From Amphiscolops sp. MND2022 (taxonomy: Eukaryota), in assembly GCA_964187785.1 (NCBI GenBank), contig OZ076417.1, positions 34,968,001 through 35,032,000 of the forward strand: a stretch of 64,000 nt of DNA, given 5' to 3'. This document shows, one piece after another, positions 49,351 to 62,596 of the stretch. Position numbers and translations under genes: made by a program. Positions within the stretch are counted from its first letter, which is position 1. Each line of letters opens with the position of its first letter. The notes below the pieces were generated by a model, which was not told the DNA's origin, made no database searches, and was given only the letters and a program-made list of their open reading frames with translations.

Positions 49351-50335
49351 GATCACTGCAAATTCAAAGAAATCAATAATTTTATTCTCACATTCGTTTT
49401 TCAAAAAAAGAAGTATGTTATTGACTTGAGATCAATTTTCAGACTCAATTTGTTCAGCTTTATCATAAACGGAGCTTTCATTTCGTTTCGAGCGAAAATT
49501 AAAAAAAAATATCACTGCAAATTCAAAGAAATCAAAAATTATATTTTTATTCTCACATTCGTTTTTCAAAAAAAGAAGTATGTTATTGACTTGAGATCAA
49601 TTTTCAGACTCAATTTGTTCAGCTTTATCATAAACGGAGCTTTCATTTCGTTTCGAGCGAAAATTAAAAAAAAATATCACTGCAATTTCAAAGAAATCAA
49701 TAATTATAATTTTATTTTCACATTCGTTTTTCAAAAAAGAAGTATGTTATTGACTTGAGATCAATTTTCAGACTCAATTTGTGCAGCTTTATCATAAACG
49801 GAGCTTTCATTTCGTTTCGAGAGAAAGTTTTGAAAAATATTGATCACTGCAAATTCAAAGAAATCAATAATTATAGTTTTATTTTCACAACCGTTTTCCA
49901 AAAAAAAAGTATGTTATTGACTTGAGATCAAGTTTCAGACTCAATTTGTGCAGCTTTATCATAAACGGAGCTTTCATTTCGTTTCGAGAGAAAATTTTGA
50001 AAAATATTGATCACTGCAAGTTCAAAGAAATCAATAATTATAATTTTATTTTCACAATCGTTTTCCAAAAAAAAAGAACTATGTTATTGACTTGAGATCA
50101 ATTTTCAGACTCAATTTGTGCAGCTTTATCATAAACGGAGCTTTCATTTCGTTTCGAGAGAAAATTTTGAAAAAAATATCACTGCAAATTCAAAGAAATC
50201 ATTAATTATAATTTTATTTTCACATTCGTTTTTCGAAAAAGAAGTATGTTATTGACTTGAGATCAATTTTCAGACTCAATTTGTGCAGCTTTATCATAAA
50301 CGGAGCTTTCATTTCGTTTCGAGAGAAAATTTTCA
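49351..50335. repeat. ~166-bp satellite x 6
   Basis: Units start at ~49351, 49511, 49676, 49842, 50010, 50178 (atcactgcaaattcaaagaaatc). Confidence 0.95.
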
Positions 50336-52334
50336 ACAGAATTATTTAAGGCAGTTCATTTTTAGTTGAGAAAAATTCACGAACACTAAATTATCGGGAG
50401 ACTCTGCTAACTATTCCAAAAATGTCAGCGATTTCTTTACTTTTTCGGATGAGAAAAATCATATTGAGGGAAATTGCTTGCGCCAATCAATTTCTATTCG
50501 ATTATCAGACAAAAGCACTCCGGACAAAAGCGCTCAAAATTCACAGGCAAATGCGCCAAATCAAATACAAGATGGGATTTGCTGGCTCTTTTCCGTCACC
50601 AACTTTACGTTCCGCACTTCAATTAAATGGCGATGATTTCTTCATATAAACCAGTGTGTTTACTAATTGCTTTGGTGAGAGACTAACATTTTGTTGGCAG
50701 AGATGCCGAAATTAACAACTCAAGTCATAAATTGACTATTCAATCAAGTTTTGTTAGGTGTGAAAATGCCAAACATGGCATTACCAGAGAATTATCATTT
50801 TGTTTGAACACCTTCAATTAGATTTAATTAAAGGAGGACAATGAAATCAGCTGAAAAGTTAGCGAAGTGCGTTGTATTGGGGGGCTTTCGTCTGTACACG
50901 CTCTATTTCATTCTCATTGGGTACCAAAAGGGTACCGTCGGGTATAAAAGTGCATTTCGAATGTTCGGAACCTTAATCCCAATTTTGTTTCAAAATTCAG
51001 CAGTGAAGTTGCTTTATGGTTGGCTCAACTGGGTAATGAAACAACTAAAGACGAAACAATAGCTGAACAACTGATTGCCCTGTATCAAAAGTTACCTTCA
51101 ATTATTCTAGTTTTGGTGTAACGTCATACACTTCAACTAAAAAGTGACAAATTTTGAAAGGACTTGTTTTCCCAGGTAGTCATTTAAATCCTTTTTATAG
51201 AAGTTTTGACAAAAGCGACCCTACTCCTACTTCTTTGCGCGAGGTCGATCAAGGAGTCTATTCGACGAACAAGTTTGGTGGAATAAAGAAACAACAATAC
51301 ATCACTATAACAAACTGCTTTCCAATGAAAATGTACTAACCGGTAACGGGTTTTTCACTGTTTGTGTACAAAGCCTGACAGCTTAAAGGCGAGGCATGGT
51401 GCCATGTGAGTTTCTTCTGATATCGAACCATTTAGTTATCATGTAACAAAATTTTGCTGGTTCAGTAATGGTATTGACTGCGGTCAATGGAGTAGAGGTA
51501 TCGCAAAATTGGGAAGACTTGAAAAACAAGAAAAGCATTGGTTTCGATGTATTAAGCAATGAGATTTTCAAACTTTATTCGCTTATCTAAGCAACGTACC
51601 TGGGAAACGCTTAATGTCGCAGCGCCCGCAGTGCTGCGAGAACCTAAAGGAAACGAGAACGCCTTGTAAAGGATGCAGAGAAAACGACCAGAAAGAGACT
51701 GAAGAATCAACATAGAATGTAAAAAGGAAACTCCCAACAAACACCAATTATAATATTAAATACTCATGTCAATAATAAGTATATTATTTATTCAAATTGA
51801 AAATTAATAATAATATTATTATTTATTTAATAATATTACTCAGCGCAGTACCTAAACGACATAAATATGTATGTATCCTAAATAATATAATGTGCAGTGC
51901 TTGTTTGTAGTCAAGCAGCCAGCGCGTTGATTGAACTCAAGTCAGCTAGCGTGTTGACTGGAGTGCTGCCTCAGCGAATACTTATGATGCATTTTCTCGA
52001 TTTGAGGTCAAAGTGGCAGTCAAAATTGTCTGAAGTTCTCTACAATCTTTTCAATGACTCAGAAGCAACAAACAAAAAGGAACCCAGCAATTATTTGACA
52101 TCTGTTTGACAATACAATACTTTACGTTCATAATATTGCCAAATTCTAAGTTTACCGTCTTTCCGTAACCTAAAACTAGGTTAACAAAAAACGATACTAA
52201 GAATGTATTTTTTTTCAAAATAAGAGTATTTATGAATAAACTCTGAATTTTTTTCACACTTGACAATCAATCTGTTAAATTGGAGCCCTCGTTCGGGAAG
52301 CAAGTCTACATACCGGCCAAAGCGTGAACAAAAA

Positions 52335-52810
52335 TCAAACTATAGCACAAACTGCTCCACAGGCAATTCCATTTGCGGAATAGGTCTGTAGGTACAGTCG
52401 GTTCCCATTTTCATCCACGTTGGCTACCATCCTGTCTTTTCCCGCGGCTTTTTCCGGCTGATTGTCTCCCCACACCAGTTGAGAATGACTCGTTTGTCCG
52501 CCAGCAATATCCCAGACCAAAGGGTCATCAGTTTTCACACCGGTCCAGAAACATTCGTTTTCCAGACTAGTGTAGTAAAAGTCCAGTTGCATGGTGTTTC
52601 CGGAGAAATCCTGAGCCAACTGACCGGAGCTTTCGTCACAGGTTTTCGCCGCTTGGTCAAAACCAGATTTCTCAGGTATAAACTTGAGTCATCTTGTAAT
52701 CTGCATTTGGGTCCCGTTGCAAGTTTCCTGGCCAAAACCACCATGAGCTGCGGGGAAACATTCTCTCAACCTAGCTCTTTTGAATTGAAATTGAAGTCCA
52801 CTTAGAGTTT
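52335..52810 (-). pseudogene. 5'-truncated open copy of the lectin gene (TSP1 end + CTL)
   Basis: Matches 48227-48702 with few substitutions and no stops. Begins after ttttcacaccAG. Confidence 0.8.
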
Positions 52811-54386
52811 CTGGTGTGAAAATGTCAAACATGGCATTACCAGTGAATTATCATTTTGTTTGAACACCTTCAATTAGATTTAATTAAAGGAGGACAATGA
52901 AATCAGCTGAATTATTAGCGAAGTGCGTTGTATTGGGGGGCTTTCGTCTGTACACGCTCTATTTCATTCTCATTGGGTACCAAAAGGGTACCGTCGGGTA
53001 TAAAAGTGCATTTCGAATGTTCGGAACCTTAATCCCAATTTTGTTTCAAAATTCAGCAGTGAAGTTGCTTTATGGTTGGCTCAACTGGGTAATGAAACAA
53101 CTAAAGACGAAACAATAGCTGAACAACTGATTGCCCTGTATCAAAAGTTACCTTCAATTATTCTAGTTTTGGTGTAACGTCATACACTTCAACTAAAAAG
53201 TGACAAATTTTGAAAGGACTTGTTTTCCCAGGTAGTCATTTAAATCCTTTTTATAGAAGTTTTGACAAAAGCGACCCTACTCCTACTTCTTTGCGCGAGG
53301 TCGATCAAGGAGTCTATTCGACGAACAAGTTTGGTGGAATAAAGAAACAACAATACATCACTATAACAAACTGCTTTCCAATGAAAATGTACTAACCGGT
53401 AACGGGTTTTTCACTGTTTGTGTACAAAGCCTGACAGCTTAAAGGCGAGGCATGGTGCCATGTGAGTTTCTTCTGATATCGAACCATTTAGTTATCATGT
53501 AACAAAATTTTGCTGGTTCAGTAATGGTATTGACTGCGGTCAATGGAGTAGAGGTATCGCAAAATTGGGAAGACTTGAAAAACAAGAAAAGCATTGGTTT
53601 CGATGTATTAAGCAATGAGATTTTCAAACTTTATTCGCTTATCTAAGCAACGTACCTGGGAAACGCTTAATGTCGCAGCGCCCGCAGTGCTGCGAGAACC
53701 TAAAGGAAACGAGAACGCCTTGTAAAGGATGCAGAGAAAACGACCAGAAAGAGACTGAAGAATCAACATAGAATGTAAAAAGGAAACTCCCAACAAACAC
53801 CAATTATAATATTAAATACTCATGTCAATAATAAGTATATTATTTATTTAAATTGAAAATTAATAATAATATTATTATTTATTTAATAATATTACTCATC
53901 GCAGTACCTAAACGACATAAATATGTATGTATCCTAAAGAATATAATGTGCAGTGCTTGTTTGTAGTCAAGCAGCCAGCGCGTTGATTGAACTCAAGTCA
54001 GCTAGCGTGTTGACTGGAGTGCTGCCTCAGCGAATACTTATGATGCATTTTCTCGATTTGAGGTCAAAGTGGCAGTCAAAATTGTCTGAAGTTCTCTACA
54101 ATCTTTTCAATGACTCAGAAGCAACAAAAAGGAACCCAGCAATTATTTGACATCTGTTTGACAATACAATACTTTACGTTCATAATATTGCCAAATTCTA
54201 AGTTTACCGTCTTTCCGTAACCTAAAACTAGGTTAACAAAAAACGATACTAAGAATGTATTTTTTTTCAAAATAAGAGTATTTATGAATAAACTCTGAAT
54301 TTTTTTCACACTTGACAATCAATCTGTTAAATTGGAGCCCTCGTTCGGGAAGCAAGTCTACATACCGGCCAAAGCGTGAACAAAAA

Positions 54387-54853
54387 TCAAACTATAGCAC
54401 AAACTGCTCCACAGGCAATTCCATTTGCGGAATAGGTCTGTAGGTACAGTCGGTTCCCATTTTCATCCACGTTGGCTACCACTCTGTCTTTTCCCGCGGC
54501 TTTTTCCGGCTGATTGTCTCCCCACACCAGTTGAGAATGACTCGTTTGTCCGCCAGCAATATCCCAGACCAAAGGGTCATCAGTTTTCACACCGGTCCAG
54601 AAACATTCGTTTTCCAGACTAGTGTAGTAAAAGTCCAGTTGCATGGTGTTTCCGGAGAAATCCTGACCGGAGCTTTCGTCACAGGTTTTCGCCGCTTGGT
54701 CAAAACCAGATTTCTCAGGTATAAACTTGAGTCATCTTGTAATCTGCATTTGGGTCCCGTTGCAAGTTTCCTGGCCAAAACCACCATGAGCTGCGGGGAA
54801 ACATTCTCTCAACCTAGCTCTTTTGAATTGAAATTGAAGTCCACTTAGAGTTT
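54387..54853 (-). pseudogene. 5'-truncated open copy of the lectin gene with a 9-bp in-frame deletion
   Basis: Same breakpoint as the previous copy. gagccaact is deleted and the frame is preserved. Confidence 0.8.
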
Positions 54854-56229
54854 CTGGTGTGAAAATGTCAAACATGGCATTACCAGTGAATTATCATTTT
54901 GTTTGAACACCTTCAATTAGATTTAATTAAAGGAGGACAATGAAATCAGCTGAATTATTAGCGAAGTGCGTTGTATTGGGGTGCTTTGTCTGTACACGCT
55001 CTATTTCATTCTCATTGGGTACCAAAAGGGTACCGTCGGGTATAAAAGTGCATTTCGAATGTTCGGAACCTTAATCCCAATTTTGTTTCAAAATTCATCA
55101 GTGAAGTTGCTTTATGGTTGGCTCAACTGGTTAATGAAACAACTAAAGACGAAACAATAACTGAACAACTGATTGCCCTGTATCAAAAGTTACCTTCAAA
55201 TGTTCTAGTTTTGGTGTAACGTCATACACTTCAACTAAAAAGTGACAAATTTTGAAAGGACTTGTTTTCCCAGGTAGTCATTTAAATCCTTTTTATAGAA
55301 GTTTTGACAAAAGCGACCCTACTCCTACTTCCTTGCGCGAGGTCGATCAAGGAGTCTATTCGACGAACAAGTTTGGTGGAATAAAGAAACAACAATACAT
55401 CACTATAACAAACTGCTTTCCAATGAAAATGTACTAACCGGTAACGGGTTTTTCACTGTTTGTGTACAAAGCCTTACAGCTTAAACGCGAGGCATGGTGC
55501 CATGTGAGTTTCTTCTGATATCGAACCATTTAGTTATCATGTAACAAAATTTTGCTGGTTCAGTAATGGTATTGACTGCAGTCAATGGAGTAGACGTATC
55601 GCAAAATTGGGAAGACTTGAAAAACAAGAAAAGCATTGGTTTCGATGTATTAAGCAATGAGATTTTCAAACTTTATTCGCTTATCTAAGCAACGTACCTG
55701 GGAAACGCTTAATGTCGCAGCGCCCGCAGTGCTGCGAGAACCTAAAAGAAACGAGAACGCCTTGTAAATGATGCAGAGAAAACGACCAGAAAGAGACTGA
55801 AGAATCAACATAGAATGTAAAAAAAGAAACTCCCAACAAACACCAATTATAATATTAAATACTCATGTCAATAATAATTATATTATTTATTTAATTTAAA
55901 AATTAATATTAATATTATTATTTATTTAATAATATTACTCAGCGCAGTACCTAAACGACATAAATATGTATGTACCCTAAATAATATAATGTGCAGTGCT
56001 TGTTTGTAGTCAAGCAGCCAGCGCGTTGATTGAAATCAAGTCAGCTAGCGTGTTGACTGGAGTGCTGCCTCAGCTACGACAGCGAATACAAATTAGCAAG
56101 CAAGTAGTGGCTGAAGAAACGAAACAATCACAGTGAAGCGCAATTATACTCTCGCTCAACTGAGTACCTGTCCCATGCATGTTCAGTCGACTATTCTGTG
56201 CAATCGAACGTTCACTAATATTTTGACCG

Positions 56230-56429
56230 NNNNNNNNNNNNNNNNNNNNNNNNNNNNNNNNNNNNNNNNNNNNNNNNNNNNNNNNNNNNNNNNNNNNNNN
56301 NNNNNNNNNNNNNNNNNNNNNNNNNNNNNNNNNNNNNNNNNNNNNNNNNNNNNNNNNNNNNNNNNNNNNNNNNNNNNNNNNNNNNNNNNNNNNNNNNNNN
56401 NNNNNNNNNNNNNNNNNNNNNNNNNNNNN
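56230..56429. other. Assembly gap (200 N)
   Basis: Run of N. Confidence 1.
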
Positions 56430-56432
56430 ACA

Positions 56433-56745
56433 CATTAGAGTGCACAGGCAAGCCTTATTTGCTCAAAGCGCAACATAGTGCGTTCAATACCTCGGATTCC
56501 ACGACCATACCTTTAACCGTGCAAAATTGGCAAATTACGTCATTTGTCCCGGATTCCACGGATTTAGTCGTGGATTCCAGTAACAAATGCTTAGCTGTAC
56601 GAACTGTCGGCATGCAGCGGTGTCCCGGATTCCACAAAAACGTAAGTTTTGCGAAATGAACCAATCAGATTGCAGAAATCATAAATTTCCTGGATTCCAC
56701 GACTTTATGCTTGACGCGATACGCGGCATCTCTCCTTTAATTAAA
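56433..56745 (-). mobile_element. Partial second copy of the gtggaatcc MITE
   Basis: Reverse complement of ~36940-37257, including the TIR cattagagtgcacaggcaag. Confidence 0.85.
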
Positions 56746-56789
56746 TTCAAGTGGTAGACTGAACAAACATAATATTATGCACTACTTTT

Positions 56790-57460
56790 CGTATATTAAT
56801 TCAAAATGATTCAGACAATCACACCAATATCACACAAAATTTTTAGATTTTTCAGTTTAGTACCAGTTTTGAACAAACTGCCAGGTCATCACAATCTCCC
56901 ATTTTTTAATGACATGCTTCATTTTTGGTACCAGTCACGAGTATCTCTATTCGTACTTCTTGGATTTTTCGTGTCAATCAAAACAATTTCCTTTGATACA
57001 AGATTGATTTAATCCAAGTTCTTCTGCCTTTCTAATAATGATCTTGCAAAATGAATATTATATTACACAAAGATTCGTATTTTTAAGTTTAGTACCAGTT
57101 TTGAACAAACTGCCAGATCATCCCAATCTGCCACTTTTTAATGACATGCTTCAATTTTGGTACCAGTCACGAGTATCTCTATTCGTACTTCTTGGATTTT
57201 TCGTGTCAATCAAAACAATTTTCTTTGATATAAGATTGATTTAGTTCAAGTTCTTCTGCCTTTCTAATAATGATCATGCAAAATGAATATTGAATAACAC
57301 AAATATTTGTGTTTTTCAGTTTAGTACCAGTTTTGAAGAAACTGCCAGATCATCAGAATCTGCCATTATTTGATGACATGCTTTTATTTTGGTACCAGTC
57401 ACGAGTATCTCTTTTCGAACTTCTTGGATTTTTCGTGTCGATCAAAACAAGTTCCATTGA
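56790..57460 (+). repeat. ~232-bp satellite x ~3
   Basis: ttagtaccagttttgaa recurs at ~56856, ~57089 and ~57321. Confidence 0.9.
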
Positions 57461-57971
57461 TATGTAAATTTTTTCAACTTGGTGAAAATGAAAAAAAGTG
57501 CCAATTAGATTTATTTTTGTCAAAATTTATTTGCAATTTCTAACTTTTGTAATTTTTGTCGCAGAATTTTCAAACAAACATTTTTGTAAACTGGATAAAA
57601 TTCTGACACTTTTGCAGGTCCAGACAGCTGAACAAGAACTGCGCAGGGGAGAGAGCTAAGCCGCACAAAAACGGACTTCTCCGGCCAAAATGTGATGATC
57701 ACAAAAAGTAGCGGGCCACAACCCACTGGAAGCGAAGGCGAAGGAAGCAAAAACGATTACTGATAAAAGTCCAAACATACAAACACTACCAGTTGCTACT
57801 TAATACTCGTGGTACTACCTATATTAAACGATACCCAATTGAGTTTTGATGATAGTAGTATGTACAAGGATGATACTTTATTCAATAGTATGTACAATTT
57901 CGAGAAAGCAAAGTTCGATTACCAAAATATAATTTTTCAACTATGTTTTTTTTCGAAGGATTCCAAGACTT

Positions 57972-58044
57972 TGCGGTCGGAGAGATTCGAACTCGAAACC
58001 TTATAATTAGCAAGCCAACGCTCTAACCATTCGGCTACAGCGCC
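57972..58044 (-). pseudogene. tRNA-derived sequence (SINE head or tRNA pseudogene)
   Basis: GGCGCTGTAGCCGAATGGTTAGAGCG..GTTCGAATC has A and B boxes, but the acceptor and anticodon stems do not pair. Confidence 0.75.
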
Positions 58045-58099
58045 TCTGATTGGACGATTTGTTATTTGCTATATAACATTTCCTCTTTTATAAGTTGAG

Positions 58100-59830
58100 A
58101 AAATAGGTATACTAAGAGGCCTCTTTTCGTCCTCACGAAAGATTTTTTGGTTTATATTTTAACTGTCTGACTTCCAATAGCAACGAATTTTGGCTTTAAA
58201 ATGACTTTGTCGCACAAAAACTTTGAACACAATCTTGCAAGGCATTTTATAAAAAAATGTCTTGTCATTAAAATATGGCAGATTTTGATGAACTGCCATT
58301 TTTTATAAGCATTCAACGAATGAGCTCGTTCTTGAATGGTCCTAAAACGACTGTGGAAAGTAAGATGATATCTTTATACATGTGTCGTGGAAATCACATA
58401 CATATCTTAAACTGTAAGAAAACAACTACCAAAGGGGGTAGATAGTACGTTAGTATTTAATTCTGACTGTATTATTGTACGTCAATATTGAAATTTTGAT
58501 ACACCGTATTAGTGTCATGGAAAAATTGCTCAAAATCCAATGACGTTTTAGAAAATTTTGACATTTATTCATATCTGGCTGACTATTGAAAACTGGCAGA
58601 TTTTGATGAAATGGTACATTTTCGATCAATTAGCATTTTTAGAGACCAGCTTTTGTTCGCTCGAAAGATATTATGGACATATTTTGTCTCTCTAACTTCT
58701 AATAGCAACGAATTTTGGCTAAAAATGCAATTCAAAAGTGAAATTAATCAAGACTAATTTTGGTCCCAATCGTGAGTAATTTTTTTACTCACGATTGGGA
58801 CCAAAATATCACAGAATCTTTTTTCATTTTAGTATACTGAAAGGCCTCTTTTTTGTCCTCACGAAAAATTTTAGGGACATATTTTAACTGTCTGACGGCT
58901 TATAACAACGAAATTTGGCTAAAAATGCAATCCAAACGTGAGATTATTCATGACTAAATTTGGTCCATGTGGCAAAGCGCTAGCTCTAGAACAAACCTCG
59001 AGATCGCTAGCAGATTGTTAGTAAAAACAACCGTAGAAAAAGAGAAAGAGTGAAAGATCATTCACCATATGGTCTAAACGTAAAATACAGTTGCGTCAAT
59101 TGAAAGTATTCACTCATCAAATCTCTCTTTGACTAGACAGATCATTAGTTCAGTTATTAGACTTCGGGCCCTTTAACAAGGCGCTGCGAGACTGTTAGCA
59201 ACAAATATTTGTCTCTTTGACTTGTAATAAACACGAAATTCGTCTCAAAAGTCCTAGTCTCACGAAAACACTGATCAATCTTGCATGGCATTTTATGAAA
59301 ACCTGGCATTTATCCATAACTGTCTTGTCATCAGAATATGGCAGATTTTGATGAACTGCCATTTTTCCGTAAATATTCATCGGATGAGTTCGTTCTTAAA
59401 TGGTCCCAAAACGACTGTGGAAAGTAAGACGATATCTTTATACATGTGTCGTGGAAACCGCATACATATCTTAAACTGTAAGAAAACAACTACCAAGGGT
59501 AGTATGTCAATATTTAAATCTGACTGTATTGTCCTGGTTTCCACCAAAATAGCCTTCATTGCTCAATGGCCACGAAAGCGACTGTGGAAAGTAAGACCAT
59601 ATCTTTATACATGTGTCGTGGAAACCGCATACATATCTTAAACTGTAAGAAAACAACTACCAAAGGGGATAGTACGTCAATATTTAAAACCGTATAAACC
59701 GTCAAATGGTCATGGAAATGTTGTTCAGTGTTGAATGGCGTTGTAGAATAACATGTCATTTAATATTATTTGGCTTGTCATCAAAATCTGGCAAATTTCG
59801 TTTAGGTGTCAGATTTTCGATTGGTTAGAG
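58100..59830 (+). repeat. R1 array
   Basis: Cores at ~58350, 59410 and 59580, palindrome at ~58759. Confidence 0.9.
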
Positions 59831-60310
59831 TTCTTAGAGGCGTCAATATTTCAAACCTTGTAAACCCTCTTAATGTCATGAAAATACTGTCCAATTTTGA
59901 GAATTTTTTTCCCTTTTTTTCTGAGAAAAACGAGTCTGTGTGAGTTTGTGTACAGGACTTTCTCAGAGATACATATCATACAAACCATTGCAGATTGCTA
60001 GTGTGACATGAGCAGGATGCCTAAAACGGCCGAAACTCTCTCTGAATAAAATGTTACCTATACTGCTAGCCGAGGACCGTAAATTTGATGTTACAAATAT
60101 TGAGAACTACATATGCATTTATTGTAACATTTCACTTCAATAAGTGAATTTGACTTCTTTGTTAAATCCTCGTTTTCAAACGCGTGCCGATAAAGGGCAA
60201 ATAAGGGGCAAATTTTAAAATAAAGGGCGGCCAATAAAAGGCAAAACTTTAAAAAATGAAGGGCAAATCATCGCGGTTGCCTGCCCATTTCATGAGTTGT
60301 CTAAACTGGC

Positions 60311-61510
60311 CAGGGGTGTTCATTATTGTATTGTAATATATTGACACAAACAAATCAATATATTTATTTCTACAAAAATCAATACCTTAATTTTTCACTT
60401 CTAAAAAATCAATAATTGGAATTTTTGTGCTCGAAAACAAATTGATGAAAAAACCTAAAATTACAAAATTTCTTGTACATCAAAAGGAGTCCAAAATGCT
60501 TTATTTATAATAAAGAACATTTGAGACTCAAAATTGCTTGGCGAAAGTTTCTTTCTCATCATCATAAATTTCGCTCGACTAAAAAATCGCTCTGCACATT
60601 CGAAGTCGGTGGAATCCAGGAAAGGCATGAAACATTATCCTTAAACTGATTTTTATCGCTGACAGGATTTTTTCCGAGTAATCAACTTCTTTGACTCCTG
60701 TGGTTATTTCTCCAATGTCGACAGACAACATTTCTTGCAATATATTTTTGTTCCGTCGTTAGGGGTAATCCTGAATTCGCAAGGATTATCGCTTTTTCAA
60801 AGTTTTGATACTTTGATATAGAGGAATGATCAAAACTCAGGTAGTATGAAAGTCCCGGGTATGAAACTAACAAGTCGTCGAATAAGGCACGAGCATCCTT
60901 GAGGTCTATTCCAGATTCAGTTTGTAACGTTGAAGAGACATCCTCAAACTTTTGGAGTGAATCGAAAAGTTTGCGTGTTTCAAAATCTTCGTCAGCACTT
61001 GGGAGAAAAAGAACCAGATCACCATCTGTGGTATCAATAAACGGTTTCAGCTCAATATATCGGCTAATCATATTGTAAGTTGAGGACCATCTTGTATCAT
61101 TCTGTATAATTGGTCGTAAAGGTAAAGACTTGCGCAAAATTGCCGATTTTTTCAGCGTTCCAAGATTTTTCATGAGTTCATGAATTCGCTTTATGACTGG
61201 TTCCAGGACAGTAACAATTTTTTTACAGCTAAATTCAACCGATGACTGTAACAACCAAGAAAATTTACTTGTTATTTTTTGCGATCGCGACATTGAGCGG
61301 TTCGTTGTCACCAACTATAAAAGAGGCACTACTTCGCGTTCGGCCGAAAATTTGTAAAACGTAATCAATATATGCAATATGGCTGTCGGCAGTAAGATCT
61401 TCCTCATTCAAAAGTGGCGAAAAACCCAAAAGAGAAAACTTTGACTTTCCAGGTTCTTGACGATTTTCGTAAACATCAAATATACCAATGTAATAGTTGA
61501 AAAAATAGTT
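60311..61510 (-). mobile_element. hAT element 3' part: transposase remnant (copy 2) plus candidate terminus
   Basis: ORF 60682..61314 (DTRWSSTY). C-terminal SWIPPTSNV/AERFFS motif at ~60620-60570 is frameshifted. hAT-like end CAGGGGTGTTCA at 60311 with subterminal aaatcaata repeats. Confidence 0.8.
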
Positions 61511-61595
61511 TGAACTAATAGTTCAAAATGTTACACTGCAATTAACAATTTCCCTTAACATACATTTGGGTGACGAGTTTTCGTCTAAATGACAC

Positions 61596-61830
61596 TCAGC
61601 GCATCCTAAAGCCGAAGAAGGGGTCGATTCTTACGCTTCCACTGGGCCCGTTCCTTAAGACACAGTGCTTCCTGCAAAGGGGCACGCAACTTCCAGTCTC
61701 GCCTGGGCCACCCCTCTGCGCTCGTTATCGCAATCCTTCACCTCAATCCAACGATCGCGGCATCCCTCACAGAGGAAGTGTTGGTCGTGGAGGACACTTG
61801 TTCCGGTTTCGTGGCAGACCATGCACTGAG
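61596..61830 (-). pseudogene. RING-like segment, copy 2 (frameshifted)
   Basis: Same as 924-1165, but the G5 run is G4 at ~61680, so CPLC becomes CPFA. Confidence 0.6.
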
Positions 61831-62269
61831 GCATTTTTTGACATAAGATAATGGTGAAATGAAATTTGAAGGTAGGAAAAAAAGCAGAATTGGAATTTGG
61901 TTTCGAAGTTATGTTAGGCAGTATTCCAAATGAATGACTGGTTAAACCAGTAACCGAAATTTCTGCAAACATTGAAAGATTTCAACTAAAGGGAAAGTCA
62001 CCTTTGCTCACGATCCCTTCGCGTTTTTTCAAACTTAAATTGGCTTTGATGCATTACTTGCTTTCTTTACTGAACACGCAGACACATTAACAACCTTTTT
62101 CGAGCTAACAATTAATTAGAACCTTAATTACTGACAAGTGAGATCAACAATTTCTCATTGTTCAGCTATTGCTATTGAACCGTGAATCAGAACCTCGCTG
62201 CTTCTCAGCCACTTCTTTATATTTCTTTTGGGTCAACATCAAATTGTAAGTATGACTATGTCCCCAATC

Positions 62270-62564
62270 ATGACATGTAATAGCAACGAACTAAGAGGCA
62301 GGTATTTTGTCCTAACGAAAGATAACATGGGCAGTTTTTGTCTCTCTGACTTGTAATAAACACAAAATTTGTCTCAAAAGTCCTAGTCACACAAAAACAC
62401 AAAACAATTTTGCATGGAATTTTTTAGAAACGTGGCATATATCCATAACTGTCTTGTCATCAAAATCTGGCAGATTTTGCTGAACTGCCATTTTTTCCTA
62501 AACATTCAACGAATGAGCTTGTTCTTGAATGGTCCTAAAACGATTGTGGAAAGTAAGACCATAT

Positions 62565-62596
<32 letters not shown>

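Larger units (their letters stand above)
50759..56070. repeat. ~2.05-kb tandem duplication, ~2.6 units
   Basis: Units start gtgtgaaaatg at ~50759, ~52815 and ~54857. Part of each unit duplicates ~47850-48702. Confidence 0.95.

Noticed and set aside
57972-58044. Functional tRNA gene
   Set aside because: The acceptor and anticodon stems do not pair, so it is treated as a SINE head or pseudogene.
1757-59759. Many short ORFs of the type ..TTVESKTISLYMCRGNRIHILNC..
   Set aside because: They are chance translations of the R1 repeat with inconsistent starts and stops.
60609-60621. gtggaatccagga motif matching the MITE internal repeat
   Set aside because: On the minus strand it encodes the conserved hAT WIPP motif, so it is coincidental.
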